The position numbers and the translations under genes are program-made. DNA of 61,095 nucleotides, taken from the NCBI RefSeq assembly GCF_001194135.2, contig NC_068986.1, positions 55,342,885 through 55,403,979 on the forward strand, written 5' to 3'. Every line of letters starts with the position of its first letter. Positions within the stretch are counted from its first letter, which is position 1. Below are positions 37,700 through 50,660 of this stretch, piece after piece. A model generated the notes under the pieces. That model was not told the DNA's origin, did no database searches, and was given only the letters and a program-made list of their open reading frames with translations. The stretch comes from Octopus bimaculoides. Its lineage: Eukaryota.

Positions 37700-39260
37700 T
37701 CAAGCAAACTTAGATTTAGGAAACTTCTTTGAACAGGTCCAACTAGTTGATAAATGTGACAGTATTAACAGCAACCATCTAGATACTGCACAATGTACCT
37801 CATCTAAAATGAAATCACTGGTGTCAATGTTTTCAAACGATATTCAGAATAGCATAATCAAGTTTTTGAGTATTTATGGAAGAAAATCAATATTAAATAA
37901 AGACAAGATAGCAACAGTATATTCATTTCTTTTAGATGAGACTACAGATGTTTGTCCACACTGAACTGGCTTCTATGTCCATATTCTTTGTGTCAAATAA
38001 TGAAATCAAAGAACATTTCATTGAAGTACTTGGTGTACTTGTAGCATCTGTAACCAGTGGAGAACTAGAGAAAATGACTCTTTGAAAAGAAATGGTTTAC
38101 AGACAGAAAGCACTTGAAGAACTTGGGCTATGATAAGGCTGGTAATATGAATGGATTGTAAAAGAGACTTGAGTCAAAGATTTTTCTCTACAATGAAATA
38201 GTTTTATATATTTACTGCTATGCACACTGCCTGAGACCTTCTGCTTGCGGAAAATTCAAAATCAAACTATTTTCCCTATTTTTATTTTTCATTTTTGATA
38301 AAGATGACATGCAAATTTGTGAAACATTCCGTATTTTTCTACTTAGCACAGGCATGGCTGTATGGTTCTGAGTTCAGTTCCACTGTGTGGCACCTTGGGC
38401 AAGTGTCTTTTGCTATAGCCTTGGGCTAACCAAAGTCTTGTGAGTGGATTTGGTAAATGGAAACTGAGAAAAGCCAATCGCACGTGCGCGCGTGTGTATT
38501 TGTCCCCCCACCACTTGACAACTGGTGTTGGTTTGTTTACGTCCCAATATAATAAGTATGGGGCTTAAAGAAAAAAAAATAAGTACTGGAGTTAATTCAT
38601 TCAACTAAAAGTTCTTCAAGGTGGTGCCCCAGCATGGCCATAAAAGATAAAAATATAGTAGAAATGTTAGTTTCATTTCAATATCAAGTATGTGGCATGT
38701 TTCAATCATACAAATGCAACTTTGCATCTATTTTGGGTTTTGTGCTCAAGAACTAAAGAAGTTCTCTGATCACACAAGCTAGAGCTACAGAGAAACTGCT
38801 CTGTAAATATTAATGAAGGTATTTATGGCTCTGGGACATTTTCTAATCAAGATGTGAAAGTACTCAACCAGATCCAGCAATACTGTTTACATTGTATTAT
38901 TTCTGGATTTCTTTCCTTTGCCTTGAAACTGCTAAATCAGTTTTCTAGGAGACAACTGATGCCTTGCATGTTCTTCTAACTGCATGTACAGTCATTGATG
39001 GTGAGGTTTAAGAGGAAGATGAGTAGAAGAAAACTGAAGAAGAATTAAATATATATCAGAACATAACTCAACAAGTTCAAGATACTGATATTCAGTTTCA
39101 GAGGAAACTTCTGCTTAAATCAGATCGAAAAACTTGTCAGCAAAGTTCAGGTGTATCTGTAACAACAAATCAACCGTCAAAGATTTCAGAGAAGTTATAT
39201 ACGTTTTTGGATACACTTACTCAAGAAATTGGGAGCAGATTTCAAGGAAAGAATGAAGAT
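37700..39260 (+). mobile_element. Degraded hAT transposase interrupted by a SINE
   Basis: DETTDV, EIKEHFIEV, GYDKAGNM, YIYCYAHCL, FLDTLTQEIGSRF across shifted frames. Confidence 0.65.
38346..38641 (+). mobile_element. SINE family A within the hAT remnant
   Basis: Head, body and tail motifs. Confidence 0.78.
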
Positions 39261-39775
39261 ATTATTATCACCACCACCACCATCACCACTATCATTATCA
39301 TTGTCATCATCATCGTCATTGTCATTGGTACTGTTGTTGTTGTCACCACCACCACCTCCGCCATCATCATCATTTTACACCAGCTTTCCAAGCTCGCATG
39401 GGTTGGATGGGTTGTCATGATTTGAATCAGTGCCTATTCATAATTATTGCTCTACTCCAAGTTGTCTCCATTCATTTAATGCAGAAGTAACTGAGAAGAT
39501 GAATAGAAGAAAGGATAAGGGTGTGACAGGTGAGTAAGGCAGAATGAATGAGATTGTAGAGAATGCAGTGAGGTGATGGGTAACTACATGTTGAGGGCTG
39601 GGGATGTACGAAATAAATGAAAAGTAGAGTAAAGGAAGTTATGAGAGTGATCTATGTTAAGAAGTGATTAGGAAAGAAAAAAGTGTAAGAAAGAGAGAAG
39701 GGTTGAAAGATAGCAACAAAGATGTGCGATGGTAAGAGAGGGTGGTGGGTGTCAATAAATGGTGAATAATAAGAC

Positions 39776-40100
39776 AGTGAAGGCGAGTGGCTTAGTGGTT
39801 AGTGTTTGATTACGATTGTATTGTCGTGAGCTGGCTACCTAGTGGTATGTCATGTCCTTGAGCAAGATGCTTTATTTCATGTTGCTCCAGTTCACTCAAC
39901 TGGCAAAAATGAGTTGTACCTTTGTTTCAAAGGGCCAGGCTTATCACATCTTGTACCATGCTGAATCTCCCAGAGAACCATGTTAAAAGTACTTGTATCT
40001 TGTGGAGTACTCAGTCATGTGCATACGTTAGTCACAAGCAGGTTGCTCCGCAGATCGGATCAACTGGAACACTTGTTGTCATAACCACCAGAGTGCCAGC
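39776..40100 (+). mobile_element. SINE family B
   Basis: GAAGGCGAGTGGCTTAGTGG head; colinear with 70-399. Confidence 0.8.
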
Positions 40101-40442
40101 AGAAAATAAGGCAGTAAAAATTCCTAAAGTTATCCAACAGCTTAAGTGTACTAGTAAACTGGGAAGCTGGTGAAAACAAGGCAACATATTGAAAAGTTCA
40201 TGATTTAATTTCTGTTCACAAATTTAGTGGTTTTGAAGAAGAGGTTAATAAAATTTCATAGAGTTGAAAGCATTTCACTTATGCTACTCATTATCAAAAA
40301 AGAAAAAGGAAAAAAAAAAAATTATCATAGATACACCCTCAATTATTTCAAGGAAACTGATGCACGTCTTGCTTTTATAATTATATATAAGTTGTATAAA
40401 ATTTATGTAAAATTTTCAGTAACAACTGTTGTGTTTTTTTTT

Positions 40443-40846
40443 GTGTGGTAAGTAGCTTGCTTACCAACCACATGGTATTGGGTTCATTCCCACTGCGTGG
40501 CACCTTGGGCAAGTGTCTTTTGCTATAGCCTCGGGCTGACCAAAGCCTTGTGAGTGGATTTGGTAGACATAAACTGAAAGAAGCCTGTCGTATATATGTA
40601 TGTATGTATATATATATATATATGCATATGTGTGTATATGTTTGTGTGTCTGTGTTTGTCCCCCCAACATCGCTTGACAACCGATGGTGGTGTGTTTATG
40701 TCCCTTTAACTTAGCAGTTTGGCAAAAGAGACCGATAGAATAAGTACTAGGCTTACAAAGAATAAGTCCTGGGGTCGATTTGCTCGACTAAAGGCAGTGC
40801 TCCAGCATGGCCACAGTCAAATGACTGAAACAAGTAAAAGAGTAAA
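40443..40846 (+). mobile_element. SINE family A, near full length
   Basis: GTGTGGTAAGTAGCTTGC head, internal (TA/TG)n, GACTGAAACAAGTAAAAGAG tail. Confidence 0.9.
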
Positions 40847-41202
40847 CTCAAGTAAACTAAATATAAACAGCAAAACCCTTGTTGAGAAAAGAGACTCAAA
40901 TTATGTACTGCTTAGTATTGGGAAAAACATTTCTATTAATAATAAAGAAGTGATAAATATTTTAAAGGGTACGGCTGTGGTATGAACATCATAGTGTATC
41001 ATATGAATAATTGCAGGACAGTTAAAGTGAAAATAATACTGGGCTGCAAGCTGCCAGGTAGGTGGCACCATTGTCTGATGATTTTGCACAGTGACAGGCA
41101 TGAACACTCTGCTGGTTTTTCTGCCAATCTTCTCTGATAACAGCAGTTTAGTGTATGCTCACCAGACACTACCTGACTCTGTGGATGGAGCTTTGGTAAA
41201 TA

Positions 41203-41584
41203 TCTTTTATTTGTTTCAGTCATTTGATTGTGGTCATGCTGGGGCACTGCCTTGAAGGGTTTTAGTCAAACAAATTGACCCCAGGGCTTATTTTTTTAAG
41301 CCCGGTATTTATTCTGTCAGTCACTTTTGCCAAATCACTAAGTTACAGGGATGCAAACAAACCAACACAATTTTCAAGTGGTGGTGGGGGACAAACACAG
41401 ACATAAAGTTATACACACACACACATGTACAACAGGCTTCATTTAATTTCTGTCTGCCAAATCCACACACAAGGCTTTAGTCAGCCCGAGGCTATAGTAG
41501 AACACACTTGCCCAAGGTGCCATGCAGTGGGACTGAACTCGGAACCATGTGGTTGAGAAGCAAGCTTCTTACCACACAGCCACA
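41203..41584 (-). mobile_element. SINE family A, near full length
   Basis: Colinear with 40443-40846 in reverse. Confidence 0.85.
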
Positions 41585-42210
41585 CCCACACAATTACATT
41601 TCCAAAATGCAGCAATTACCATGTTGCAAAATACAGTATATAGTTTCACATCATTTCATGTCCCAATGAATATACAACAGAAAATACAATTTACAGAATG
41701 AGCAAGATAAAAGTCAAAAATAAGTAAATTTTTTAAATAATTGTAAGTAAACTGCAGTAATTTGTTATCTTCATTTGAAAATCTTGCCTTAAAAAACAGA
41801 TCTTTTTTTACAACAAATTGTTTATTTATTTCCTTTAAACATATTTATGTACAAAAATGATGCATTAAAATACAAAGGAATTTCATAATATTCATTACAC
41901 ACAATTTAAACATCGCTTCTTTATGTGTATGTGAATGTCCATCCATCTATCCATCCATCCATCCATCCATGCATGCATGCATGCATACATACATACACAT
42001 AATACATACATACACACACACACACATAATGCATACATACTTTTACTTGTTTTAACCAGAAATTGCAGACATGCAAGGGCACAAGCATTGGTTTTTATTT
42101 ATTTATTCATTGTATTTTTTTAAAGAATGAAAAATGCATGTTTATTTTTTTGCTAATATGTGGGTGCACATACGTGTATGTGTGAGTGCATCAGTGAATG
42201 AATATGTGTG

Positions 42211-42241
<31 letters not shown>

Positions 42242-44699
42242 GTGAGTTTGTGTATGCATATATGTGTATATATATATGTGTGTGTGCATGTATGTATGTA
42301 TGTATGTATGTATGTATGTATGTATGTGTGAGTTTGTGTATGGATATATTATATATGTATGTGTGTATCTGCATGTGTCTTGTATATATATTTAAAAAAC
42401 CAAGATACTATTTGAAATAAAATTATCTATTTTATGACAGAGGTATTGTAAGAATTGTAGTATATCATTATCATCATCATCACCATCATCATTTAGTGTC
42501 CATTTTCATTGCTGGCATGGGTTGGACGGTTTGACAGGAGCTGGCCAGCTACAGAACCGCCCAGATTCTTGTTGTTGGTTTTGACATGGCTTCTACTGTT
42601 GCATGCCTTTCCTAATGCCCACCACTTCACAGATTGTAATTGGTACTTTGTACATGGCACCAGCATGAGTAGTCTTATGTGACACTGCCATAGGCACTTT
42701 TATATGGCACCAGTATGGGTCCTTTTAGATGTCACTGGCACACCCTTAAAACATGGACTTCTCAGCTGAGAGAGGGATATAAGAGACATACCTGTATGTA
42801 TATAGTCATTAAATGATAAATGGTGTAACAATTAGAGTTAAGGATTAAAGTTAAGAAAAAATAAAACAAAATAAAATAATCTAGAAAACAACAAATAATA
42901 ATAATAATAACAACAGTAACAACATCTAGGCTCAACTTTTTTTTCAAAGTAACATCAATGGGATTATCTATATTAATAGAATTCATCCAGAAGGATTATT
43001 AACAACCCCTCCCCCTGACCCCCCCACCAAAAACAACAAAATATGTGAGTACATCATATTAAGGAATGGGGAAAAAAGTATATATGACCAATAGATAGAA
43101 GAAAAGAAAAAAATGAAAATAAGAAAAAAAAAGGGAAAACATATTAAATCAAATGAAAAAATAGATTTTTTTATGCACCACCAGAACAGTGAGATTATGT
43201 ATAATATTGATTTCTTCTTTAGGGAACAAGGTCAGTTTTTACAGGGTGAGAGATGGGGGAATAGGGTGGTATGCATCAGCTGACTCTAACCTCTCCTCCC
43301 AACTCAGTTGAACTAATGGTATATGACTGTAATTCTGTGTTGTTTTTTTATCATCTCAGTCCCTATTTCAGTGTGATGAGGAAATGTGAACTGGACACTC
43401 ATGATAAAATTATGAAGATTGAGCAACCATGTAAAGGCTCATTTTGGCAGTAGCAGTAACTCCACCATTATCACTATCATCACCATTAAAAAAACAAAAA
43501 TGCTCTTTGAACTACAAAGGCACATTGTAGCAGTCCACTATTGGGCATCTTCCTCCTCATGACTGAAGGTTCTTGGTTATATCACTATCTCATTAACATG
43601 ACTTTGATTGGGCACTCTGTTAGTCTTAATAGAGCTTTCTCATATACATGTTCTATAATGCTGTAATACTATTTATCTAAAAGAGTTGCCTCTTCATCTT
43701 TGAGAAAATACTCCTTCCACATGACGTGTTACAAAAATTATCCAATCATAAGAAAAAGAAACTTTCTCTAACAATATTCACATCCTAGCATAATAAACAA
43801 TGTCAGTTGTTTTACCTTTTGGGATCATGTGTATTCATCAATAGGTTTAAACTTTTCTTTGGAAATATGATATATATCTCTGACAGAAGCTTGCTTTAAA
43901 TTCCAACAGGAAGATTCTGCCAGATTTGAAGATGCAAGCTAAATGCTGGCTTGCCAGTAACTTACCCAGACAGTTATATTGTCATTATAATCAAAGAGTG
44001 ATCCCTATCATAGTTTTACATCTGCCTTTCAATGTTTGCATGAATCTGATGTGTTTCCTGATGTGGTGTGTTGTGGCTGTCACCAACTCTTTTACTTACC
44101 TATTATAAAACACAAAGGTGCAGTGTATCTATTGGAACTTATGGTAAATTATGTTCAAAAATTATAAGCTTAACTATTAACAATAAAACACCTAGTCAAG
44201 AACTCTGTGAATTTGCCACTTATATGAGACAAAGTCCAATCCATGGACCATGGACATTAAATAATAATGATGAGGTGGGTAAATTGACAGAATCACTGGT
44301 ATTTGTTCTGACACCCTGCACTCTGAGTTCACATCCTGTCATGGTCAATTTTACCTTTCATTCTATCAGGGTCACTATAAAAGAACCAATTCTGGGTATT
44401 GGATTGGCAAAATTGTGAGAACATCAGACAAAATGTCTTGGGGTGGTTGTCCTATTTGTGTAGAAGACTTAATCTGTCTTCCTGTTTAACACCACCAAAA
44501 CCACCACAACTTGGCACCTTGGGTGCCTTTACTAAAGTCTTTAATTTGGAGATAATATCTTCCCTCTCTCCCACCAGTTTTGGAAGCTCAGTAAATGATC
44601 ACAAACACTGCTTTTCCTCCATCCATCTATTTTTACCTCCCACTATTCCTGGTAGAGTAGTGGGGGTAAAATCCTCAGGCACTTCCTCCTTTGGGTCCT

Positions 44700-44990
44700 A
44701 TCAGAAGTAACCATCATTACACTTTCCTGCTAGACTCTCAAGTGTAATCAACTGAGACAATGGATATTGTCCAGTTATCTTATCCTTGGTCTACTCCTAG
44801 ATCTCCTGCTAGTTGGTGTGGCTTAAAGAATTTGTTCAGCGATCTTTTCCTGTGACATTCTAACCACATGTTTATAGTACTGGATCTGTGATCTCTTAAT
44901 ATGGAGAAGTAATGGTTCAATCTGGAGAGACTCTCCAACATCTAAACTATGCATCCTGTTGAGTAACATAACTTAAAAGATCCTTTGGAG
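44700..44990 (-). mobile_element. Degraded RTE-X-like 3' fragment
   Basis: Similar to 48990-49130 (CATTC..CCACAT..GTAC.GGA.CTGTGAT..CTTAATATG.AGAA..A..GTTCAA.CT.GAG). Confidence 0.5.
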
Positions 44991-46479
44991 GAACCCCATT
45001 TCAGCCACTTGTAATTGCTGTTGTACTCTTTTAGTTATTATACAACATTCACAACCATTGGTGAGGATAGGCACAGAAACCGAACTGCCTTTCTTCCTGA
45101 CTAAAATGGTTTCTTTTAAAAATCTGCTGTATACACCACCCGGGAAGATTGGTACTTATTCTTTGGCATGGGAAAGAAAGCTAAAATGAATTCAGTGTCA
45201 TGTTCAATGATACATCAAAATACCTGTAGCAGAATAACAACATACATCTAAAATGTCATTGGTATGATGGCTACCACTTCTTTTGTAAAGGTAATGATAA
45301 TGAAATTTGTAAGCTAAGAAGTTAAAAAGCATTATTTTAACACTGACCATTTCATTCTTTTGTTTGATTATTACTGTTGCTTAATAGCCCTTATACAGCA
45401 GATCTCTGGTCAAAAACATTACAGCTTTGACTATTCTTTTTTTTTTTTTTTATTGAAAAGTACATTGTCCAATAAATCTTTTTGTATATGCAAAACAGTA
45501 AGACGTGATTTGAAAGAGATTTGTTTACTATTTCTAACAAGTCGAATGACCACACTGGTGATCCCCGTTGGCTCATCTTTTGTTTGGTTGAGACAAATGA
45601 TACTTTTCCCCTTGAAAATGTATTCCTACCCCTACATAAAAGAAAAAGAAAGACCAAATTAGAGTTTAAAGAAAGCAATACTAAGGAAATTAACAAAGGT
45701 TATTGAAGTTATCTCAAAAGCAAGGCAATATGGTTAACAGGAGTCATTTCTCTCTCTTTGGACTAAGACAAATTTGTGAGGAAGGAGTGTAAGCGATTGA
45801 TTTATTTTACTGACATGAGAGAAATGAAAGTGAAAGTCAATACAGACAGAATTTGAATTCAGAATGTAAAGAGGAAACTAAATGTAATGTAATGTAGATC
45901 TCTACTGTTTTTAGAACACTATCGTCCTACCACAGAGATAGTAGAGATGGAACGGGCGATTAGATCGAATCAATACTTGACTGGTACTTGCGTTATCGAC
46001 TCCAGGAAGATAAAAAGCAAAATAAACTCTGGTGGGGTTTGAACTGAGAACGTAAAGGGGCAAGAGATAATACTAATTTCTTTTATTAATAACAAAAAAC
46101 AAAAATCTTCTCAAGCTAATTTAAATAAGTAAACTCCCTTTCCCATAACACCGGTATAAAACTGGGAGTTACCTCCCCTAAAGCCCAAATTTGTCCAATT
46201 CCATCTCCTACTATTAAATGCATTGTCTATAAAATAAAGCTTACACCAACAACAAAATGTAAGAGGGTCATTTTGAGTAAACGAACGCAAGATTGCTTGT
46301 GATCATGAACTGTGTGACTTTCGACTTGAATGATATCTCTTTTCGTCAGATTTTGAAGGTCGGTTCCTTCATTAATATGATTGTAATTTTTGTTTTATTT
46401 TAGTTTTATGAACGTTTTGATAGTGATCTTAGCGTACGTTAATTAATGTGTATATATAAATATTATTTATATATCTGTC

Positions 46480-46728
46480 TTTACCATCATCAAACCCGGC
46501 CGGTATAGTACTACCTGCTTTCCTTCGCCTCGTCATTTCCGGGAAGGGAAGCGAGTAACAGCGGCACGCACTGAGAGAGGGAGGGCTGGAGAGAGAGAGA
46601 GTGTGAGAAAGAGAAAGGGGAGCGAGAGGAGGAGGAGGTCGATGACGACGAGAAAGACAGAAAAGAGATAGAAGGGCAAAGACACACAGGGAGGGGGAAA
46701 ATTTGTTTTATCTGCTAGAAGCTCATAG
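46480..46728 (+). promoter_or_regulatory. Candidate MLEC promoter and non-coding first exon
   Basis: Abrupt CpG/GC-rich island, TTCCGGGAA motif near 46537, purine-rich leader, perfect donor AG|GTAAGT at 46728/46729. The TSS is not determinable from sequence. Confidence 0.55.
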
Positions 46729-46860
46729 GTAAGTGGAAGTGTTGTAAACCTGTTTGTGTCTTGGCTTTGCCGAGCCTCGTGTGTATGGTGAGTGCATGTG
46801 AATGTTAGATTATCTGTTAACAGTACTGACTAAAAGCAGAAAAGAAATCTAGGAATTGGA

Positions 46861-46891
46861 ACCTTAGTATTTCTCATTCACACATTTCAGA
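46861..46891 (+). promoter_or_regulatory. Candidate 3' splice acceptor for the MLEC coding exon
   Basis: Pyrimidine-rich tract TTTCTCATTCACACATTTCAG|AT with AG at 46889-46890. Confidence 0.45.
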
Positions 46892-47395
46892 TACGCATTG
46901 GTTAGACTTATAGACACAAACATATATATATATTCATATATATATATATATGTTTGTATCTACACACGCGTATATGTATACATAACAGTGATATAGATCG
47001 ACCTGAAGAGATAGATGACGTTACGAAGTGAAGCTTGTACCAACATGTTTATCGTAGCCAAAACGAGGAGGACGTCTAGTAGTGGCCGCGACACTAGGCC
47101 GGATTCATCGAGAGGAATTGTTAACAGTGTGGTTAGCAACGTTACAGACTACAGTAGTGATATTAACATGACATCAGCGGATTCTGCGGCTGTATCTACC
47201 ATAGATACTGCTGGTACTACAATAATAACATCTGCCAGACGCCAACACATGAGAACAGGCAAACCATATGTGTCGTCATTTACCTCACCTTCCTGGCCGG
47301 GCCTACAGGTTTGTAGATCGGGTGTTCGAACGAATCGTGTGGGTGTTAGGAAAACAGCTATTATGGTCGAAAATGTTAGCTTCAATCTGACCAAG

Positions 47396-47764
47396 ATGCT
47401 ACACCGATTCTGCAGTCCGACAAGTTCGTCAATTTTTACCATCCTATGTCTTATATGTTTGTTGTGCTTCCCTGGTTGTGTCGAGGGCTTAGGAGAAATC
47501 ACGTGGGCAGTGAACTGTGGCGGTGGTGTCCATACTGACATACACGGAATTCGATACCAAGCCGACTACCTCAAGACTGGAATAGCGTCTGATTATGGAA
47601 AAAACCTGATGATACAAAGGATCGTTCCCCAAGACCAGATTCTATACCAAACTGAGAGATATCACACATCAACTTTCGGCTATGAAATTCCTATCAAAGA
47701 AGACGGAGACTATGTATTGACGTTGAAGTTCTGTGAAGTCTGGTTCACATCACCCAACCAAAAG
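47396..47764 (+). CDS. MLEC: Malectin, first coding exon (signal peptide plus N-terminal half of the malectin carbohydrate-binding domain). The start may lie upstream (in-frame ATGs at 47363, 47249, 47168, 47045, 47015).
   Basis: Hydrophobic signal [19 protein letters not shown] followed by [55 protein letters not shown], all typical malectin motifs. The exon ends at NQK|GTACGT (phase-0 donor at 47765), where vertebrate malectin continues QQK|VFDV. Confidence 0.93.
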
Positions 47765-48859
47765 GTACGTCCATCTATGCCATACCGGCTTGTATGTTGT
47801 TTTTTCCCCTCCTTTTTACTGAATCATAGGAAGAATGTATTTTCCACTCGATTTTATACTATATCTATAATACAGTATCAATTGAAGATATCTAAATGTA
47901 ATAGTTTTTTTTTTTTTTGAGATACAACTTTAATTATTATAGATCTTTAAACAAATATATCTCTCTACTTTCTGAGTTTACATGACTTTGCTTTTTAATC
48001 TCATTGGCGGGGTGTTGATTCAATCATCTGTGTAATTCTTTCTGATGCATTTTCTACCCGGATATCAATTTACAATTCATTATTTTAAACCGGGTTTTAA
48101 ATATTGCCTGATTAGAGGATAAGGAGCTAGAATAATACTTGTGCACCACAACGGAGTATATAATTGCAGATATAAATACACATATCTGCGATCACACACA
48201 TTACAATTATATATATATATATATGGTGTGTGCGTATATGGGAGTGCACACTGCTTCTACGTCCTACACTGTTTGTTATTTTGGGGTGGGTGTTATCTCA
48301 TTAATATTTACAACTTAAATACAAAAACGAATCCGGTGTCCGTCCAAATTGACCATCAAAGATAATCTGTTGCTGATAATATTTCGTCTCATCTTACCGT
48401 CAGAACAATTTCATAGTAACAGCGCAGTCGGACACACATACTTATCACAAGCAGACACACATTTGCTTGTTTGTGTGCTGCCGGCTGTGTTGATTTTTGA
48501 GTAACAGCATTTAGTTAAAATGCACGATCCGTAATTGAAATAATGACCTAATTGTATTATTTTTAACTTCTCCACCAGGTTAATATCCAATGAAGAAGTA
48601 TCAATAAATCAATCTCCCAATCTATCTCTTTATCTTTTTCACTTTCTTATCTATCTATCTATCCATCTATCTATCCACATATACACATATCTATCTATAT
48701 ATCTACACATGCATATCTATCTACACACAATAAAATATTGAGCAGAATGACACAAACGACAGTCTTAATTAAGATTCAGTGCTTGAGGGCAAAAAAGGAA
48801 ATATAGAGAAATAAGTTTTAGTTTATAATAATTTGGAAAATACACACACATATCTATCC

Positions 48860-49830
48860 AACTTCATTGTCTGCATATTCCTGTTAGGGACATAGGGGCA
48901 GAGTCGTCAGACATCTTCCAGAGAGTCCTATTAGAAGCAGCTGTCAGCAAATGATCCAGTTGGATCTCCAATCCAACCATTTCACTCTTCTAGATATGCA
49001 GCCCATAAAATCTATCATGATATTCTTTCCTCGCACATTCACACCACATACCTGTCGTACCGGAGCTGTGATTCCTTAATATGAAGAACTAGCAGTTCAA
49101 CCTAGAGTAATTCCTTTATCTCTAACCTATGTAGCTTACTGGATAACATTGCTCCAGTGACCTCTCAGAGGATATTTATTTTGGTTGCTTGTATTTGCAA
49201 TTTCACTACCCAAGATTTAAGACTATAGGTAAGGGCAGGCATGAAACCCAAATTGAAGATAGTAAGTCTGGTTTTTTCACTTACCTTCCAACTTAGAACC
49301 AAGTGCTGAGGCTAGTGCTTTATTGTATCATTGCAAGCAAATCTTGCACCCAATTCAGTCACCTGCCTTCCATTCATAAAAACGACCCCAAGATACTTCT
49401 CTCCACCTTCTTCACTGCAACTGCACTGGAGTGCAAAGTGCACTATGCATGCAATCTTGAGAACCCCACTGTCTCTGTCTTTACAACACTAATTTTCTCC
49501 CCTACCTAAAGGCACATGATGTTGAACTTATTTAGTTGCATGCTGGAGATCACCTTCCAAAATGCTAAGCAATACCATATCATTTGCTAATATCAGCTGA
49601 CTGATGATACATCTGCTGTTTTTGAAACCGTTTTCACCTATACTGCTCATATGCATCCAATTTATATAAATTTTGAAAACAAGAGATGACAATATGCACC
49701 CCTGGCAGAGTCCAACAGCCTGATTAAAAAGTTTTGACTTAACACCATTTATCCAAACACAAACACTAGCGCATTCATAGAAGGACTTCAAAGGAACAAA
49801 AAGCTGCTTTCAGTACTAAATTCCTGCAAA
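48860..49830 (-). mobile_element. RTE-X-like LINE, RT C-half to 3' end, antisense in the MLEC intron
   Basis: GLCQGCILSSLVFKIYINWM..LILANDMVLL (degenerate YADD region), with degraded KYLGV and later motifs. Confidence 0.75.
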
Positions 49831-49940
49831 ACTCTCTATAGCATGTTCTACGGTATGTAGTCATATTGTCATGGCTTTTCAAGGTCCAAAAAATTTCTTG
49901 AAGTCTTGTCACTGTGTAAATATTTGGTTTATATATATAT

Positions 49941-50182
49941 ATAAGTAAATGTAGAGATTAAACAGGTCAGTATATTTAAACTATATTAAATACATGAAGT
50001 ACAAAAGGTGTTTATATTGTTTATTTACAAAAAAGTTAACCCCTTTAATTCTTGATATAGAAATGCTATGTAAGTTGGACCCTTTTTGTATATAAACATA
50101 TACACATCTTTTATATTTCATGTATTTCATATACTTAATATATTGACCTGTCTAACTTGCTTGTCCTTACATTTACTTCTAT
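49941..50182. repeat. Imperfect palindrome of about 240 bp (foldback/MITE-like)
   Basis: Arm pairs AAGTAAATGTA/TACATTTACTT, ACAGGTCA/TGACCTGT, AAATACATGAA/TTCATGTATTT. Confidence 0.82.
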
Positions 50183-50519
50183 ACTTGCTCAAGTGTAAAT
50201 CTTCTTGAGCACTACTAAGTGTATTCTATATGGAGAATATCTGATTCTATGTACATGAAACATACAGAAATATCATCATCATCATCGTTTAACGTCCGCT
50301 TTCCATGTTAGCATGGGTTNNNNNNNNNNNNNNNNNNNNNNNNNNNNNNNNNNNNNNNNNNNNNNNNNNNNNNNNNNNNNNNNNNNNNNNNNNNNNNNNN
50401 NNNNNNNNNNNNNNNNNNNCTATTGGTAAGAAATTTTGAAATAAACTGAATAATGACATACATACATACAAACCTACAAATTAGCAGCTGCTACAGTAAA
50501 ATGCCATTGTAAGACTAAC

Positions 50520-50660
50520 CACAACATGGTCCACATAGTTATCACTGGCAACTACGAAAGCAACACCTATTGTTACACAAAAACAATTAAGCTATTAACA
50601 GGCATATTCCAAGGTGATAGTTTGTTTGTAATGTTGTTTGTACTTGGCAGATTTGCAAGA
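50520..50660 (+). mobile_element. R4/Dong-like RT fragment
   Basis: TKTIKLLTGIFQGDSLFVMLFVL matches the GIFQGDSLSPLLF signature. Confidence 0.6.

Noticed and set aside
46190-46540. ERSE/UPRE elements in the malectin promoter
   Set aside because: CCAAT at about 46195 lacks the CCACG half; TGACGAGG on the minus strand is only a mismatched UPRE.
47765-47920. C-terminal part of the 301-aa ORF (VRPSMPY...)
   Set aside because: Read-through into the intron after a canonical donor; malectin similarity stops at NQK.
48560-48610. Acceptor-like TTCTCCACCAG|GTT as the next malectin exon
   Set aside because: Phase-0 reading gives VNIQ* at once.
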